From: Eledone cirrhosa
Lineage: Eukaryota
Reading direction: 5' to 3'
DNA: 64,000 bases
Assembly (NCBI GenBank): GCA_964016885.1
Contig: OZ024743.1
Location: forward strand, 277,326,001 to 277,390,000
Program-made: the position numbers and the translations under genes
In this document: one piece after another, positions 34,797-48,582 of the stretch
Numbering within the stretch: position 1 is the stretch's first letter
Layout of the letters: every line of letters begins with the position of its first letter
Notes under the pieces: model-generated
The model's input: the letters and a program-made list of their open reading frames with translations, nothing else
Databases searched by the model: none
What the model was told of the DNA's origin: nothing

Positions 34797-35182
34797 TTAG
34801 AAATACGAAATTTCTATACATATTTGTATAAAGCTATGCTTAAAGCGAAATACTATTTCTATTCTATTATAAGTTGAGCCAACTTATGCAGCTTCATATG
34901 CAAATGAGAATAATTACCTCATTTACACACACGCGAAAACTATATATTCTCGACTGTTTTCAAGTCCAGCAGTGGCAAGTGGTGGGAGGGAGAGTTCTGA
35001 CGAAGGCCAGTCAAGCCTGAAATGCATAGACGGTTGTCCCCCTTGCTTCTGCTGGACACCACCAGAGGGCGTTAGCCCCGGTGTTTGCATAACTACGGCT
35101 TCCTAAAACCGTGTTTCGTTAGAAATACGAAATTTCTATACATATTTGTATAAATCTATGCTTGAAGCGAAATACTATTTCT
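34797..35182. repeat. 64-bp direct repeat pair (34797-34860, 35119-35182)
   Basis: ttagaaatacgaaatttctatac...gcgaaatactatttct with 2 mismatches. Confidence 0.9.
34994..35031 (+). ncRNA. Minimal type I hammerhead ribozyme
   Basis: gtt-CTGACGA-aggc(cagtcaa)gcct-GAAA-tgca-TA-gac; palindromic stem III loop. Confidence 0.75.
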
Positions 35183-35203
35183 CTCTCTCTCTCTCTCTGT
35201 CTG

Positions 35204-35283
<80 letters not shown>

Positions 35284-35584
35284 GAGTTATAAACTCAAAT
35301 AGTCTTTTACAATTAAATAGCTCAAAGAAAGGAATATTTCCGAGCCGTGTAATACAAATGAACATATGATAGGGATAAACACTGATACAAGTATACATGT
35401 GTTCGCATTGCAAATGACCAAGTTAGCTAGATCGAAAAATACTAATTAAAATAACACGGTTTGCCTGTCTCATTTAAAAATAATAAATCAATAAAAACCA
35501 AACCTATATTTGTATATATATATATATATATATATATAGTGGTGAAACACTGGAAGGTAATATCCGTAGTGATAGAGCACTCAG

Positions 35585-35655
<71 letters not shown>

Positions 35656-36032
35656 TAGTGAAAAAAACCTACAATGCTGCTCTGATATGCTACAAAGAAA
35701 TATATCTAGATACTTTTTAAAAAAAAAATTTGCTCATTTCGTAGTCCATTTCGATGACTAGTCGCATGACTACGTACTTTTAAATAAAAAAAATGTTGCT
35801 GTTTAGGATTTTGATTGATATTTTATTAACCTTCCATTCCGTTAGAATATTTTTCTGGATGTTAATGTTTGAGATATAATCATTGACTATTTTCCACCTG
35901 TATATTATAGCATATATTTCCCATTGGCATTCCATATCTATATTAATAAATAGATCCTTATATAATCAATAAGGTACAGAGAAAAGTCAACAACGTGCCT
36001 TGGATGTATGTATGTATATATGTATGTATGTA

Positions 36033-36588
36033 TCTCTTTCTCTTAATTTCGAGTATATTTTTTTGACCGGCCACCTTCCTGGTGGCAAGGTTGTAAAAGA
36101 AAAGAAATTGTCATCCCTTGAATCGCAAGAATGTTTTGCAAATTTTGAAGGTGCCAGCTGTCGCAGCCATTTGTAGACTATGAATTAGGGAGCTGCGCTT
36201 TTTGTCCGCAAATCCAAGTTCAGTCATACTTTGGTCTAAGCGGGTTGGTATATAACCCGTAGCTCCAATAATGATGGGTATGAAGCTAAAGGTGTATCTT
36301 GGATATTGGATTTGTAAACTCCTCATCAATGGTCCATAGATGTCCTCCTCCTCCTGTATTTTTCTGACAACGTTTACATCAAGTGGGCAGCTGATCTCCA
36401 CAACAGAACACGTTTTCAATGTGTGGTCCCAAACTACAATATCAGGCCGGTTGTGCTTTAATTTGGTGGCAGTTTTTATTTTCAGGTTCCACCAGTATTC
36501 CTTAGTGCCATCTGTCTCAATATATTCTTCCTCGTTTGTTGTTAATTTTGTTTTCCGAAGTGCGTTCCAGATGGTTCTAGCTATCCCA
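36033..36588 (-). mobile_element. 3' fragment of an RLE-type non-LTR retrotransposon (R4/Dong-like)
   Basis: YWWN...HNRPDIVVWD...VVEISCP...PIIIGATG restriction-like endonuclease motifs; flanked by (TATG)n on both sides. Confidence 0.85.
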
Positions 36589-36634
36589 TGTATGTATGTA
36601 TGTATGTATGTATGTATGTATGTATGTATGTATG

Positions 36635-36665
<31 letters not shown>

Positions 36666-36729
36666 GAATGTATGTATGTATGTATCTATGTATGTATATA
36701 TGTATGTATATATATATGTATGTATCATC

Positions 36730-37167
36730 TCTCCGGGAGAGATGACCCCTTAGCCTTTGTCAAGGCAGAATTCTAGGAGAAGGAAAACTCTGATATAACA
36801 CCTGCAACCCTGATGGTATCCAATGATGTTGACTTGTTCTTCTTTTTGGTAAATATCATCTTGGTTAAGAGAGTGGGACTGGCTTTGTGCAACGCTTTTG
36901 CTCACTATAAAAGCTTCACGGCACAGGCATTGCTTTATATCTTGAGATCTCTCTGCACTTGTCATCACATGGTACCATGGGCCCAGCACTATGTGTCAGT
37001 AATTGTCACAAGTGTAGTGTTTGTACCAGAGTTTTCAAGTCGCTGGCTGGACTAAAATGTCACACTCGTTCAGCGCATCGGTAGGGGTTCTCCTACATGG
37101 ATATAAAGTAGTGGTCGTACTCGAAAATGAGTTGGCAGCCACCATATATGTATGTATGTAAGTATGT
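36730..37167 (+). mobile_element. 3' end of an RTE-like LINE with C2H2 finger and (TATG)n tail
   Basis: Plus frame CSVCTRVFKSLAGLKCHTRSAHR* ends at ~37084; near-identical copy at 39385-39725. Confidence 0.6.
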
Positions 37168-37169
37168 CC

Positions 37170-38575
37170 TTCTGGTTTTATAATATTACACATTTTTACC
37201 AATAGGAAGAGAGTTGATTTCTAACATAGACACAAGACTCTCTCATTGGAATTTACTCAACATCAACAAGGTAGATATGTATGCATGTCTGTATGCATGT
37301 GTAGATATGGATGTTATTGTATGTGTAGATGTTTTGTTATTGTATGTGTAGATGTTTTGAGTTGTATGTATGCATGTGTATATGCTTAGTATCTGTACAT
37401 GTGTATATGCAGTTATTAGATGCAACATTTTTGGAATGTTTTACATATTTTTACTGTTCTATTAATGGATTGTACTTGTAATTTCTTAACTAGTTGTGTT
37501 CTTTCTGTTCCTGTGAAGCCCAACTTCTCAAGATTTGTATTGAGGCATTTACTAACATATCCCAGTGCTCCTATAATCACAGGCATAAATCTGAAGGTAT
37601 AATCAGGTGGTGTATCTGCAGAGTTCTCATTATTTATGTATAGATGTTCTCTTTTTCGCTAATCTTTGATATTATATTGGCATCTACTGGAGAGCTAACT
37701 TTCACTACTGTGCATGCCTTCTTTTCCCTGTCCCATATCATAATATCAGGTCTGTTATGCCTGCATTTTATTGGGGTCTTGACTGGAACATTCCACCAGT
37801 ACTCTTTCATATTATGTATATGTATGTCTTCCACATTGCTGTAGTTTTTAATGTGTTTATTATCGGGGCTATTTTTCTATGTATTGCATTGTACAGTGTT
37901 TTGGCCACTACATCATGCCTCATAGGTAGATAGTACCGCCATGACATCTTTGGACAGCTGCTTATGACATGGGTGATCTCTTCGATGTTAATTCTGCAGA
38001 GTCTGCACATTGTTATCACATCTAGGTGTTTTGCCTGCATCTCTGTCTCTTTTGTGAATCAGGTATTTCGTGTTAATTTCCTGTTCTTGGATTGCAAAAG
38101 CGTATCCTTCAAAGTGGGAGCCAATATAGCGGTTGTTGGTCCAAGATAGACTACTTTCATTATCTATATTACTCTCACTCTGGAGCTTCCTGCCAACATA
38201 TCGATGCATGATTTTTTGCTGATAAGCATGCAGTTTTTCATCCATGGATTCACTGCGATACCGCTGAGCGACTTCCCTGAGTGTGAGTTTTTGATTATCA
38301 CACAGGGAATACTTCTCGAGGAATTCCTTCCCAACTCTCATGATCTTATCTGTTTCATGTAGATAGACTTGCTGGAGAGACGGGCTCCTACGCTTCGAGG
38401 TTCGTAGATGTCGGAGGAATATGATGCGACATTCAAATGCTGCCTGGACTGATGTTAGGCCTCTGCCTCCCTGCTTACGTTTCAAGTAAAGGCAGTCTAT
38501 GTCACTGTTGATGTGGAAGTTTCTGGTGTTGTTTAGTATTTTTCGAGTTCTAACATCAAACGCTCGGATTTCGTC
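37170..38575 (-). mobile_element. Decayed 5'-truncated R4/Dong-like element (RT thumb, CCHC finger, RLE)
   Basis: YLKRKQGGRGL; FAIQEQEINTKY; CRLC...EEITHVISSC...RHD; HNRPDIMIWD; split by frameshifts; 3' UTR limit approximate. Confidence 0.85.
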
Positions 38576-38630
38576 TATGTATGTATGTATGTATGTATGT
38601 ATGTATGTATGTATGTATGTATGTATGTAT

Positions 38631-39110
38631 GTAGAGCATCGGACGCCATGCTTTGCAGCATAGAGTTACGTCCCTTTATGTTCTGAGTTCAAATCCTACA
38701 GAGGTTAACTTTGCCTTTCATCTTTACCGTGTCGATAAAATAGCCTACCAGTAATGTACTGGGGTCGATTTAATCGACATTCCCCTCCCCCTCAAATTAC
38801 TGGCCTTGTGCCTATACTAGAAATCATTATTATTATTATTATTTTGTGGGTTGATAAACTAAAGTACCAGTAAAATACTGGGGTTGATATAATTGACTAC
38901 CTCCTCACATATACCAAAGTTATGGGCCTTGTTCTTAATGTTGGATTGGCAGAATCGGTAGACTGCCCAACACCATGTTTTGCTGCACAGAGATATGGCC
39001 CTTTACGTTATGAGTTCAAATCCCACCAAGGTCAACTCTGCCTTTCATCCTTACGGGGTTGATAAAATAAAATAATACACTGGGGGTTGATTTAATCAAC
39101 TTTTCCTACA
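38631..39110 (+). mobile_element. Cluster of tRNA-derived SINE copies (Deu/Nin-like core)
   Basis: GAGTTCAAATCC B-box, GCCTTTCATC core, (ATT)n tail; copies at 38631-38843, ~38845-38935 (partial), 38941-39105. Confidence 0.85.
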
Positions 39111-39119
39111 TCCCTTAAG

Positions 39120-39277
39120 TTGCATTAAGGGTATAAGTGTTTGTGTAGAATGCGCAGACACTTGCACTATGATATTGTACCTGTAATTCAAAAAGCCAGC
39201 TGTGTCAAGCTGAATCTCCCTGAGAACTGCATCAAGGGTACACGTGTCTGTGGAATGCTCAGCCACTTACACCTTAA
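39120..39277 (+). mobile_element. Interspersed repeat fragment (probable SINE body)
   Basis: gctgaatctccctgagaactgcatcaagggtacacgtgtctgtggaatgctcagccactt has a diverged match at ~45541-45620. Confidence 0.5.
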
Positions 39278-39384
39278 AGAAATGGAAAGAAAAAATGGAA
39301 AAATTTAAAACAATATATGTGTTTATACATGTGTGTCTGTGTGTGTATATGTATGTGTGTGTGTGTATGTATATGTGTGTATAT

Positions 39385-39847
39385 GCAACCCTGATGGTAT
39401 CCAATGATGTTGACTTGTTCTTCTTTTTGGTAAATATCATCTTGGTTAAGAGAGTGGGACTGGCTTTGTGCAGTGCCTTTGCTCACTATAAAAACTTCAC
39501 GGCACAGGCATTGCTTTATATCTGGAGATCTCTCTGCACTTGTCATCACATGGTACCATGGGCCCAGCACTATGTGTCAGTAATTGTCACAAGTGTAGTG
39601 TTTGTACCAGAGTTTTCAAGCCGCTGGCTGGACTAAAAAGTCACACTCGTTCAGCGCATCGGTAGGGGTTCCCTTACATGGATATAAAGTAGTGGCCGTA
39701 CTCGAAAACGAGTTGGCAGCCACCATGTATGTATGTATGCATGCATGTATGTATGTATGTATGTATGTATGTATGTATGTATGTATGTATGTATGTATGT
39801 ATGTATGTATGTACGTACGTATGTATGTATGTATGTATGTATGTATG

Positions 39848-39876
<29 letters not shown>
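39385..39876 (+). mobile_element. Second copy of the RTE-like 3' end with a long (TATG)n tail
   Basis: Near-identical to 36804-37145; encodes CSVCTRVFKPLAGLKSHTRSAHR*. Confidence 0.65.
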
Positions 39877-39878
<2 letters not shown>

Positions 39879-40053
39879 GGGAACGTAACTCCTGATGGGG
39901 TCGTAGGGGTGCCGTAGTGACATACATCCAAGATATATCCTTGTAGCTAATAGATTATATAACGAACTTTTTATCAGATATACAAACCTAATTGGGTATT
40001 TTAAACATGACAGATTCCATCCCTCACTTGTACTGAACACAGCCACTTTACTT

Positions 40054-40120
<67 letters not shown>

Positions 40121-40425
40121 CGAGTTCAGTATTAGAATGGTAGTTTTCATTTTAATAGACATCTAAAGGATGAAAAGCAAAGTTGAACTTGTCTGGATTT
40201 ATACGCAAATCATCCTACCCGACGTTCTAACAATTCTGCCAATTTGCTGCTTACGTATGTTGGATGAATGAATGTAAAGAAAAGAAGGGAAAAAATACAT
40301 TTGAACTGAGATTTGGAATATTTGAATCTGCCTGTAGTTGCATTATAAGATGTTTTTGTTATTTCTCCAAGTCTACATAGATACTTGCTTGTATTTGATA
40401 TTTATTGTTATATTAACATATTAGT

Positions 40426-40545
40426 GAAGGCACGTGGCTGAGTGGTTAGAGAATTGGATTCGCAATCGTGAGGTTGTGAGTTCCATTCCTGGACCGGCCG
40501 ATGTGTTATGTCCTTGAGCAAGACACTTTATTTCACGTTGTTCCT
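40426..40545 (+). mobile_element. tRNA-derived SINE 5' part with CORE-like motif
   Basis: A-box TGGCTGAGTGG, B-box-like GAGTTCCATTCC, then TGTCCTTGAGCAAGACACTT. Confidence 0.75.
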
Positions 40546-40793
40546 TCTACCTGGAGTTGCGGCCGATAGATAGTATTAGCAATTGGAAAGACCAACGGAA
40601 ACATTATTTCCTCGGTCCGATTTGACGAAAGTCGATCGGCTGTCAGTATATTAGTTTCAGTCATTAGATTGCGGGAATACTGGAGCACTGACCTCTGTAA
40701 AGACTGGTTTACGTATAGTTCACATTTCCTCTTTCTTTCATTATAACTGAACATTTCGAATAGAAGAATTAACGAAACATCTTGATCATTGTA

Positions 40794-40918
40794 TAGGGAA
40801 GCCCAAAAGTCGCGATACTTAAAAAAAATATTATGCTCTATAAGAAACAATCTATTCAAAATAAATAAATATTGCAACTTAAAAATGCCCTATGTATTGC
40901 GACTTTTGGGCCACCCTG
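40794..40918. mobile_element. Tc1/mariner-type MITE, ~125 bp
   Basis: TIRs tagggaagcccaaaagtcgcgatac / gtattgcgacttttgggccaccctg; TA on the left, TG on the right. Confidence 0.75.
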
Positions 40919-41189
40919 TGTATATATATATATATGTGAGTGGGTGTGTGTGTGGGTGCATAGAACAATAAAAAAAAAGACTGAAGTGAAAGGTAGGTAG
41001 TTAATGAGTTCATTGTTTTACGATCGTTTCAGAGGGTCGATTGATCGTGGAAGATCTTTGTATCGACTAGCATGGTAGTTGTTAGGCTACTACCAATTTC
41101 TAGTCTCAAAATTCTTGTTCGACCGACTGTCTTCAAAAACATTACGTTATCAGCCCATATACATACATATATATATATATATACATACA

Positions 41190-41222
<33 letters not shown>

Positions 41223-41231
41223 CATACATAC

Positions 41232-41328
<97 letters not shown>

Positions 41329-41329
41329 G

Positions 41330-42535
41330 GTGAATTTTATTGTAGCACAATAAAGCAATGCAAATATCGGATAAGTAGCACTCAACAGTTTATAGGACTG
41401 GAGTATAAATAATATAAAATCAAAAGATGGTTAACGTTATTAACGTTATTAACGATAAAAATGCTATAGTCAGTAATGTTGAAAAAAGAACCTCAAATCT
41501 ATGTTCTAATAAACTTATCTTTGACGCTAAAGCCAATTATTACAACAATGCGCTTTCCAGAGCCGGTTATCCTGACAAAATTAAATACAGTAAAGAAACC
41601 AATCATGGACGAACTTATAGTAATATAGTTAGTTATAAGCATTCCAATAGCATTAGGAAAAGACCTAGATATAAAAATATGATTTGGTACAACGCTCCTT
41701 TTTCTCTATCTATTATTAGTAATATTCTTAAACTATTTTTTAGGACCTTAGATAAATGCTTCCCTCCTTCACATATTTATAATAAGATTTTTAATAAGCA
41801 TACAATTAAATTCTCTTATTCCACCACTTCCAACATCTCTAACATTATCTCAAAACATAATACTAAAATATTAAGTAATAAATCATATCCATCCAACACT
41901 GAACGTCATAATAATAACAATAGTAAGCCCGACGTCAATGTTAACTCTAGGCTAGATTCCGTAAATTTAAATATGACGTCAAACGTAACTTTGTCGAATG
42001 TTCATAATACCAATCTAAATCAGGAAACTTAAGCACCTATCGTAAGTAACTTCTCCAATTCAATTCCTTCTATAAATAATACTGGGTCACTTGCTAATAA
42101 CTCTGGTAATTACTCTAATCGTAATTGCAATTGCCCTATTAGAACTAAATGTCCTCTTAGTAACCAATATCTTGATAAAAATTTAGTGTATGAATGTAAG
42201 GTTATAACTGGTACTAATTCTTTTACCTATTTTGGTTCCACTTCCACTTCCTTTAAGACAAGATTTTATAATCACAATTCTTCTTTTAGATAACAGCACT
42301 CTCAGAACTCATATGGTACTTAAAGGACAAAAATATTAACTACAACATTTCTTGGAGAAAGGTTTGCAACGCCTTTCCTCACCTTAAATCTTACCTATCC
42401 AGAACATGTAATCTCTGCCCAGCGGAGAAATTTACCATTATCTATAATTTTAATTCTATAATAAATAGACGTACGGATTTATTTTCGCTCTACTTGCATA
42501 AATCCCATAGAACTTTCCATAAAGTATACAGCTAA
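41330..42535 (+). mobile_element. Decayed Penelope-like element (RT thumb/linker and C-terminal GIY-YIG endonuclease)
   Basis: YNNALSRAGY; IWYNAPFS; KIFNKHTIKFSYS; then CNCPIRTKCPL...LVYECKV...TYFGSTSTSFKTRFYNH; CNLC; contains stops. Confidence 0.85.
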
Positions 42536-43218
42536 TATCTTAATATCTAATTAGTTTAAAATCTTTTTTTCTCAAACACTTTTATATTTTTTACAAATAT
42601 ACCCATCTTTTCTACCTTATTTCAGTATATTATACGGTCCCCTAATTTACTTCTTTTTTAATTTCTAATCTTTAATCTGCTACTTTTACTTCTCAATTAC
42701 TTCTTAATTCATCTTATAACTCTCTATAGCATTTTCCTTATATTCTCGGCCATACAAATTTTAATTTTAATATATACTAATATTACCATTAGAGAAATCT
42801 TGTAAACATATTTTTTTGACGTTATATATTTTTTCTTCCTTGAATTTTTTCTTTCTTCTCTCCTTCCATGCTCGTATTAAATCTATTATTTAATTTTTCC
42901 TATTACAATATATAGAAACAAATTTGGACCCTAATTAATTCCTCTAAGTTCATAATTCATTTCACCTTATCTTCATTCACCTTATCTTCTTAATATATTT
43001 TATTTTAATAATACATTTTAATAAATTCCTTTTCGCACATCTTCAATATATAAACCTTAAATAAATAGTATTCTTAATTACTTTTTCTTTAATCATAAGC
43101 ATCACCATTCATAAAACTCATTAACTTTTAATTTCTTATTTTTTTAAAAATTATGTATTATCTTACAACGGCTTTTTTTAAATTTTTCTCTGTGAGACAG
43201 TGTTTCTCAGTATTACAG

Positions 43219-43278
<60 letters not shown>

Positions 43279-43508
43279 ATTTTCTCCTCCTCTCTCATCC
43301 TTCCTTCTTATACTCCTCCTCCGTCACCCTTTCCTTATTATTATATTTTTTTCTTCTATCTATATTTTTTCTTCCCCTTCCTTACCTTTTCTTTCCCCCT
43401 TCCTTTCCTTTTTTCCAATCTCATATGTCCCTCTAATTTTATTTTTCATATGTTGATTTAACACTTCACTGCTCGCAAGTGTTTTTTAAGCTTCATATCA
43501 TGTATCCC

Positions 43509-43578
43509 TATTTTATCTGATGAGAACGGAAATATCATCACATGATGATATTTGTTTTTGAAATGCGCATAATAAAAT
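43509..43578 (+). ncRNA. Minimal hammerhead ribozyme motif, probably inactivated, ~1 kb downstream of the Penelope-like ORF
   Basis: tattttat-CTGATGA(43517-23)-long hairpin aaatatcatca/tgatgatattt-GAAA(43560-63)-tgcg-CA-taataaaata; CA replaces the expected UH. Confidence 0.6.
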
Positions 43579-43605
43579 ACATGGAACTCTTTTAACGATC
43601 TTTTG

Positions 43606-43643
<38 letters not shown>

Positions 43644-43709
43644 TTGCATTACGATTGACCATACAGAATAGACCAGCTCTATACAGTGGTGAACCTCAAA
43701 CCTGAATAA

Positions 43710-43774
<65 letters not shown>

Positions 43775-43878
43775 AGTAAACGTATATATATATGTATACG
43801 TGTGTGTGTGAGCTGAAGATCCGCGAAGGTGAAACAATTGTTCTCGGTATGGTGATCTAACTGTTGTGTAACCACTCC

Positions 43879-43937
<59 letters not shown>

Positions 43938-44165
43938 ATATATGTGTGCCTGTGTGTAAGTCAATATGCATATATATTTGTGCGTATTTATTCACATACA
44001 CACATATTCTACATTTACTATATATTTGTATATTCTACTGAGCAGATCAGTTAGAAAACATCACTCAAACAGATTATTTTCATCCTTTATATATTGGTAG
44101 ATATATCAGTTGGTGTAGACAGAAATATAATATATGTAGTGCTGCATGTATGTATGTACGTACAA

Positions 44166-44340
<175 letters not shown>

Positions 44341-45175
44341 TTGAGATACATAGACACAGCTATATCTGGTTGTTTATTTCCACAGAACGATACATCCCAA
44401 ATTGCGCAAACTCACACAAGTATTTATACATACATATATACATACATACATATATACATACATACATATATACATACATCATACATCATACATACGTACA
44501 TATATACATACATACATACAAACATGCATACATATATGTGTACATGATCACATGAATATGCACACACATATATATATATATATATATACACACAGACAGG
44601 TAAGAGGAAATTGGTTGAAAGTTGAAATAAGTTTTTTTCTCATTCGAATAAAGAGAAATATATGTGTGTTGAATAATATATAAAAAAAATAGAAGTGTAT
44701 AATCTTCTTTTGAAATGTTTTAACAATGTCAATGTAACTATTTCCCTAAACACTCCATGTAAGTACTTAACATTCAGCACTGGTGAGTCAACAGGAAATA
44801 CACAAACACACACACACTCACACACACACTGATAGACTTTCATACTCACACACTCATACACATAGACGCACATACATTGCTACGCATGGCTATTTTATCT
44901 TTTTTCTCTCCTTCATTGTATTCTGTCGTAGCTAATCGAGGCAATAGAATGTTGACATTTCAGCTTATGAGTGAAATGTGTGTATCTAATCATTAGCGGT
45001 ACATTGCTTACAGCCAATGGTACTTGACTCTTGCAAGCTCAGTCAACCTGGTTGTAAATTGGACCAACGTTGTATTCATACCCATCTTTTTTCTAAACTT
45101 CATTAGGTTTACAGATAATGTGTTACCTGATTTGATATTGACGCCGAGGTGTCTGTCTTTCCTATGGAGTGTATA

Positions 45176-45275
45176 CTGGGTGTTCCCAAAAATGTATACA
45201 CACTTTGATTATTTGTACAGGCAATATTTATTAGAATGCTGTCGAAGTGTGTATATATTTTTGGGGGATACCCTG
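45176..45275. mobile_element. Tc1/mariner-type MITE, 100 bp
   Basis: ~33-bp TIRs ctgggtgttcccaaaaatgtatacacactttga / tcgaagtgtgtatatatttttgggggataccctg; TA on both sides. Confidence 0.85.
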
Positions 45276-45321
45276 TATATTCAGGTGGTATGATGACAGA
45301 AATTGGTTGGAATAAGCTTAT

Positions 45322-45422
45322 GCGGTGAACTGGCAGAATCGTCAGAGAATCGGATAGAATGCCTTGCGGTTCTATTTTCAGCATTCTGCACACTGAGCCC
45401 CAATTTTGTCGAGATCAACTTT
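45322..45422 (+). mobile_element. Diverged tRNA-derived SINE head
   Basis: gcggtgaactggcagaatcg matches the head of the SINE family elsewhere in the window. Confidence 0.55.
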
Positions 45423-46493
45423 ATATATTTCTCCACTTCGGGTTGGGAAATAAATTAAAAGTCAAGAAATAAAGAGGGGTATCTTCACCTCTTACGCTTA
45501 TTTTCTCTGGATTGTATCTATAATGTATCATCCCATTAAATCACGCTGATTCAGTATGTGAATTACATTAAGGATTCACGTGCATGTGGAATATTCAACC
45601 ACTTTCAGTTTAATTTCACGAGTGCGAATTCAGTTAGTCATACAACTAAATAGTCAAAACTGTCGGAGAATCCACTACATCATTACTTAGTCTCACAGAA
45701 AAACTTCACTATAGTAAAACAAGCTAACAATATACATACCCATTATTCAATTCTGTCGCTGACAGGGTTGGGTAGTAAACAAAGACCTACACATAGTACC
45801 AATTTACGTGAAGCAGAAATGAGGTACCGAGACTTGGTTATATTAACTATGGTTTTGGCCACATATAAATATTTCAGTACCAGCAACCAGTGTCAGTAGG
45901 GAGGGGAAAGGCTGCGTCCATGGCACTTGTCGAGGACTCCGACACTAATGGGAAGGAGTAAATAAGGGGTCCTCAAACAAAAATCCTAATCCAAATGCAT
46001 GCAAAGAATGGTCACCGTTAAAGCTACTCTAGGAATAGATGGTGGTTTTAACCAGTCGATGGATTAATTCTACCACTCAACTATGTCACAGTGGGATTTG
46101 ACTACAGAACTCAGAGGTATAATACATATCACTAGGCATCTCGTTCTACGCAAATTCTTCAGTATATCGCTCTAGACTGGCACTTTATTTTTTGTCGGCC
46201 CCGAAAACGATAAATAGAAAAGTTCACTTCGGTAAAATTTCGATATGCATTTTGTCCCTATCTAAAACCTCTCACAATTGGCCGCACTAATGGCAGATTG
46301 GTTCACTGTTTCTGCTATCCAATAGGCCTGAATATTCTATTAGACTACAATTTGTGATTATTTGTACGTGTCGTAAGTGATATCGAGTCATTGCATTTTA
46401 TACGCTGATTTCAAGAGATGTTTACTATTATTAACCTTGGACTGAGGACACGCTAAGTAAAAGTACGAACAAAACAAAACAAATCTCTCTCTC

Positions 46494-46589
<96 letters not shown>

Positions 46590-46636
46590 ATATACACAGA
46601 CATATATGTATGTGTGTATATATGTATGCACACACA

Positions 46637-46759
<123 letters not shown>

Positions 46760-47115
46760 TTATAATGAAGGCTTTAAAACATTGACTGTCTGGATCAACG
46801 TTAAGCCCATTCTCCTTTATTTATTCATAATGTTGACTCAGTCAATATCACTGGTGATATGATAGTTACTATTGGCATTAAGCCTTTTCAAGTATCTCTA
46901 ACACATTATTTCAAAATTGATTTATCGTCTACAGACATATTCGAGTGCAGTATTGTGTTTGCTCCTGTAATGTTACTTCATAGATATATCATGTTAAATA
47001 AATTATGTATGTGAATTTTCCATATGCACCACACAACACCAAATATCAGCCCGGGGTATATCAATGATTCTAAACAATAGAAATAAGCTATATACCTTGT
47101 TTATGATTTTCTATT

Positions 47116-47193
47116 TTTCTGTTCAACTTCTAGCAGTCTGATGAGGTCATAGCTGTTGCATAACGGTTATCACCGAAATATATATAACAGCAA
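47116..47193 (+). ncRNA. Minimal hammerhead ribozyme motif
   Basis: CTGATGA 47138-44; stem II ggt-catagctgtt/aacggttat-c-acc; GAAA 47175-78; tata-TA; stem I imperfect. Confidence 0.6.
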
Positions 47194-47296
47194 TTATGAA
47201 TAAACTAAGTTACTTGTACATCATGACTATAAATATATTCCGGAGTAAACATACCCACTTGTGTAATTCATCGAGTGCTCTACTCTCCATACTAAA

Positions 47297-47393
<97 letters not shown>

Positions 47394-47394
47394 T

Positions 47395-47908
47395 ATCCAA
47401 GTCTCAGACCTGTACAGCAGCACAGACTCTACCACACCAACGAAGAGACGGATCTTCAGGTCTTTACGAATGTCCGACTTCCACACCGATCTCAAACTGC
47501 GGCACGCCGCCCAGGCTTCGCTCTTCCTCTCGATTACATCATCTTCTGCATTCCCGATTTTTGCTCCCAGATACAGAATACTGAGGATGGCTCTGAACAA
47601 TAATCAGTAAACACTGACGATGAAGAACTCAGAGGTGTACGGGAGCCTCACAAAGTCAGCTCGAGAGTAGCACAGGAGAGACTGAGGTTAGCTGGACATG
47701 TTCTCCGACATCCAGAGTTGACACTACACCCAGTGCTCCTGTATGAGCCTCTGCATGGACACTAGAAGAGAGAGACCGAGGTTGACATAAGTTGATGCCC
47801 TAAGGACAGACACTGGTCTATTGGAGACTCAGGACATGGCAGCGATGATGAAGGACAGAGACCGCTGGAGAGAACTCGTCCATGGATCTCGGGAATTTTA
47901 CCTGCCCT
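47395..47908. mobile_element. RTE-clade LINE fragment with 5' inversion
   Basis: 47395-47576 minus strand: YLG...[20 protein letters not shown]; 47575-47908 plus strand: RILRMAL...RLRLAGH and 3' end; collinear homolog at 58945-59512. Confidence 0.85.
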
Positions 47909-47922
47909 AGATAGATATATAG

Positions 47923-47988
<66 letters not shown>

Positions 47989-48513
47989 ACATGTATATAT
48001 ATACATACATACATATATATATATAAGTATAAATTCAGCGGGAATCGCATTTCGGCGGGTAGAAAAAGCGAAACGAAACGCAAAATCAGAGTTATGCTGG
48101 CAAGCGCTCAATAGTTAAAAAACCAGAGCTAAACATATATATTAAACCACCATACAAACTGAAAAAGTGGTCAAGAAGACATTAACCACCTAATTCAAAA
48201 AGCAAGTCAAGCTAAACAGGTCAAACAAAATAAATGATAAAATCATATATATATATATATATACATATACACATATATAACCGACCTGGACCCATTGGAA
48301 TTGATGGTAAAATCCAAATGCAGGCTTTCTATGACACCTAAATCAATAATACTGTCTGTTTAAAACTATAAGCTTATGGTGTAATGATTGAACAAGGAAT
48401 ATCACGTTATCAACAGGTATTTTGCTCTGCGCCAACTTTGTGAATGACGCAGAGCTTTGTAAAAGCACATGCGTAACTCACATGGGGGAATCCCCCAGAT
48501 TTTGGCAAATGAA

Positions 48514-48582
<69 letters not shown>

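Noticed and set aside
37000-37084. C2H2 zinc finger as a host zinc-finger gene exon
   Set aside because: It is a single terminal finger, duplicated at 39.6 kb and followed by a short UTR and microsatellite tail, which fits a LINE 3' end.
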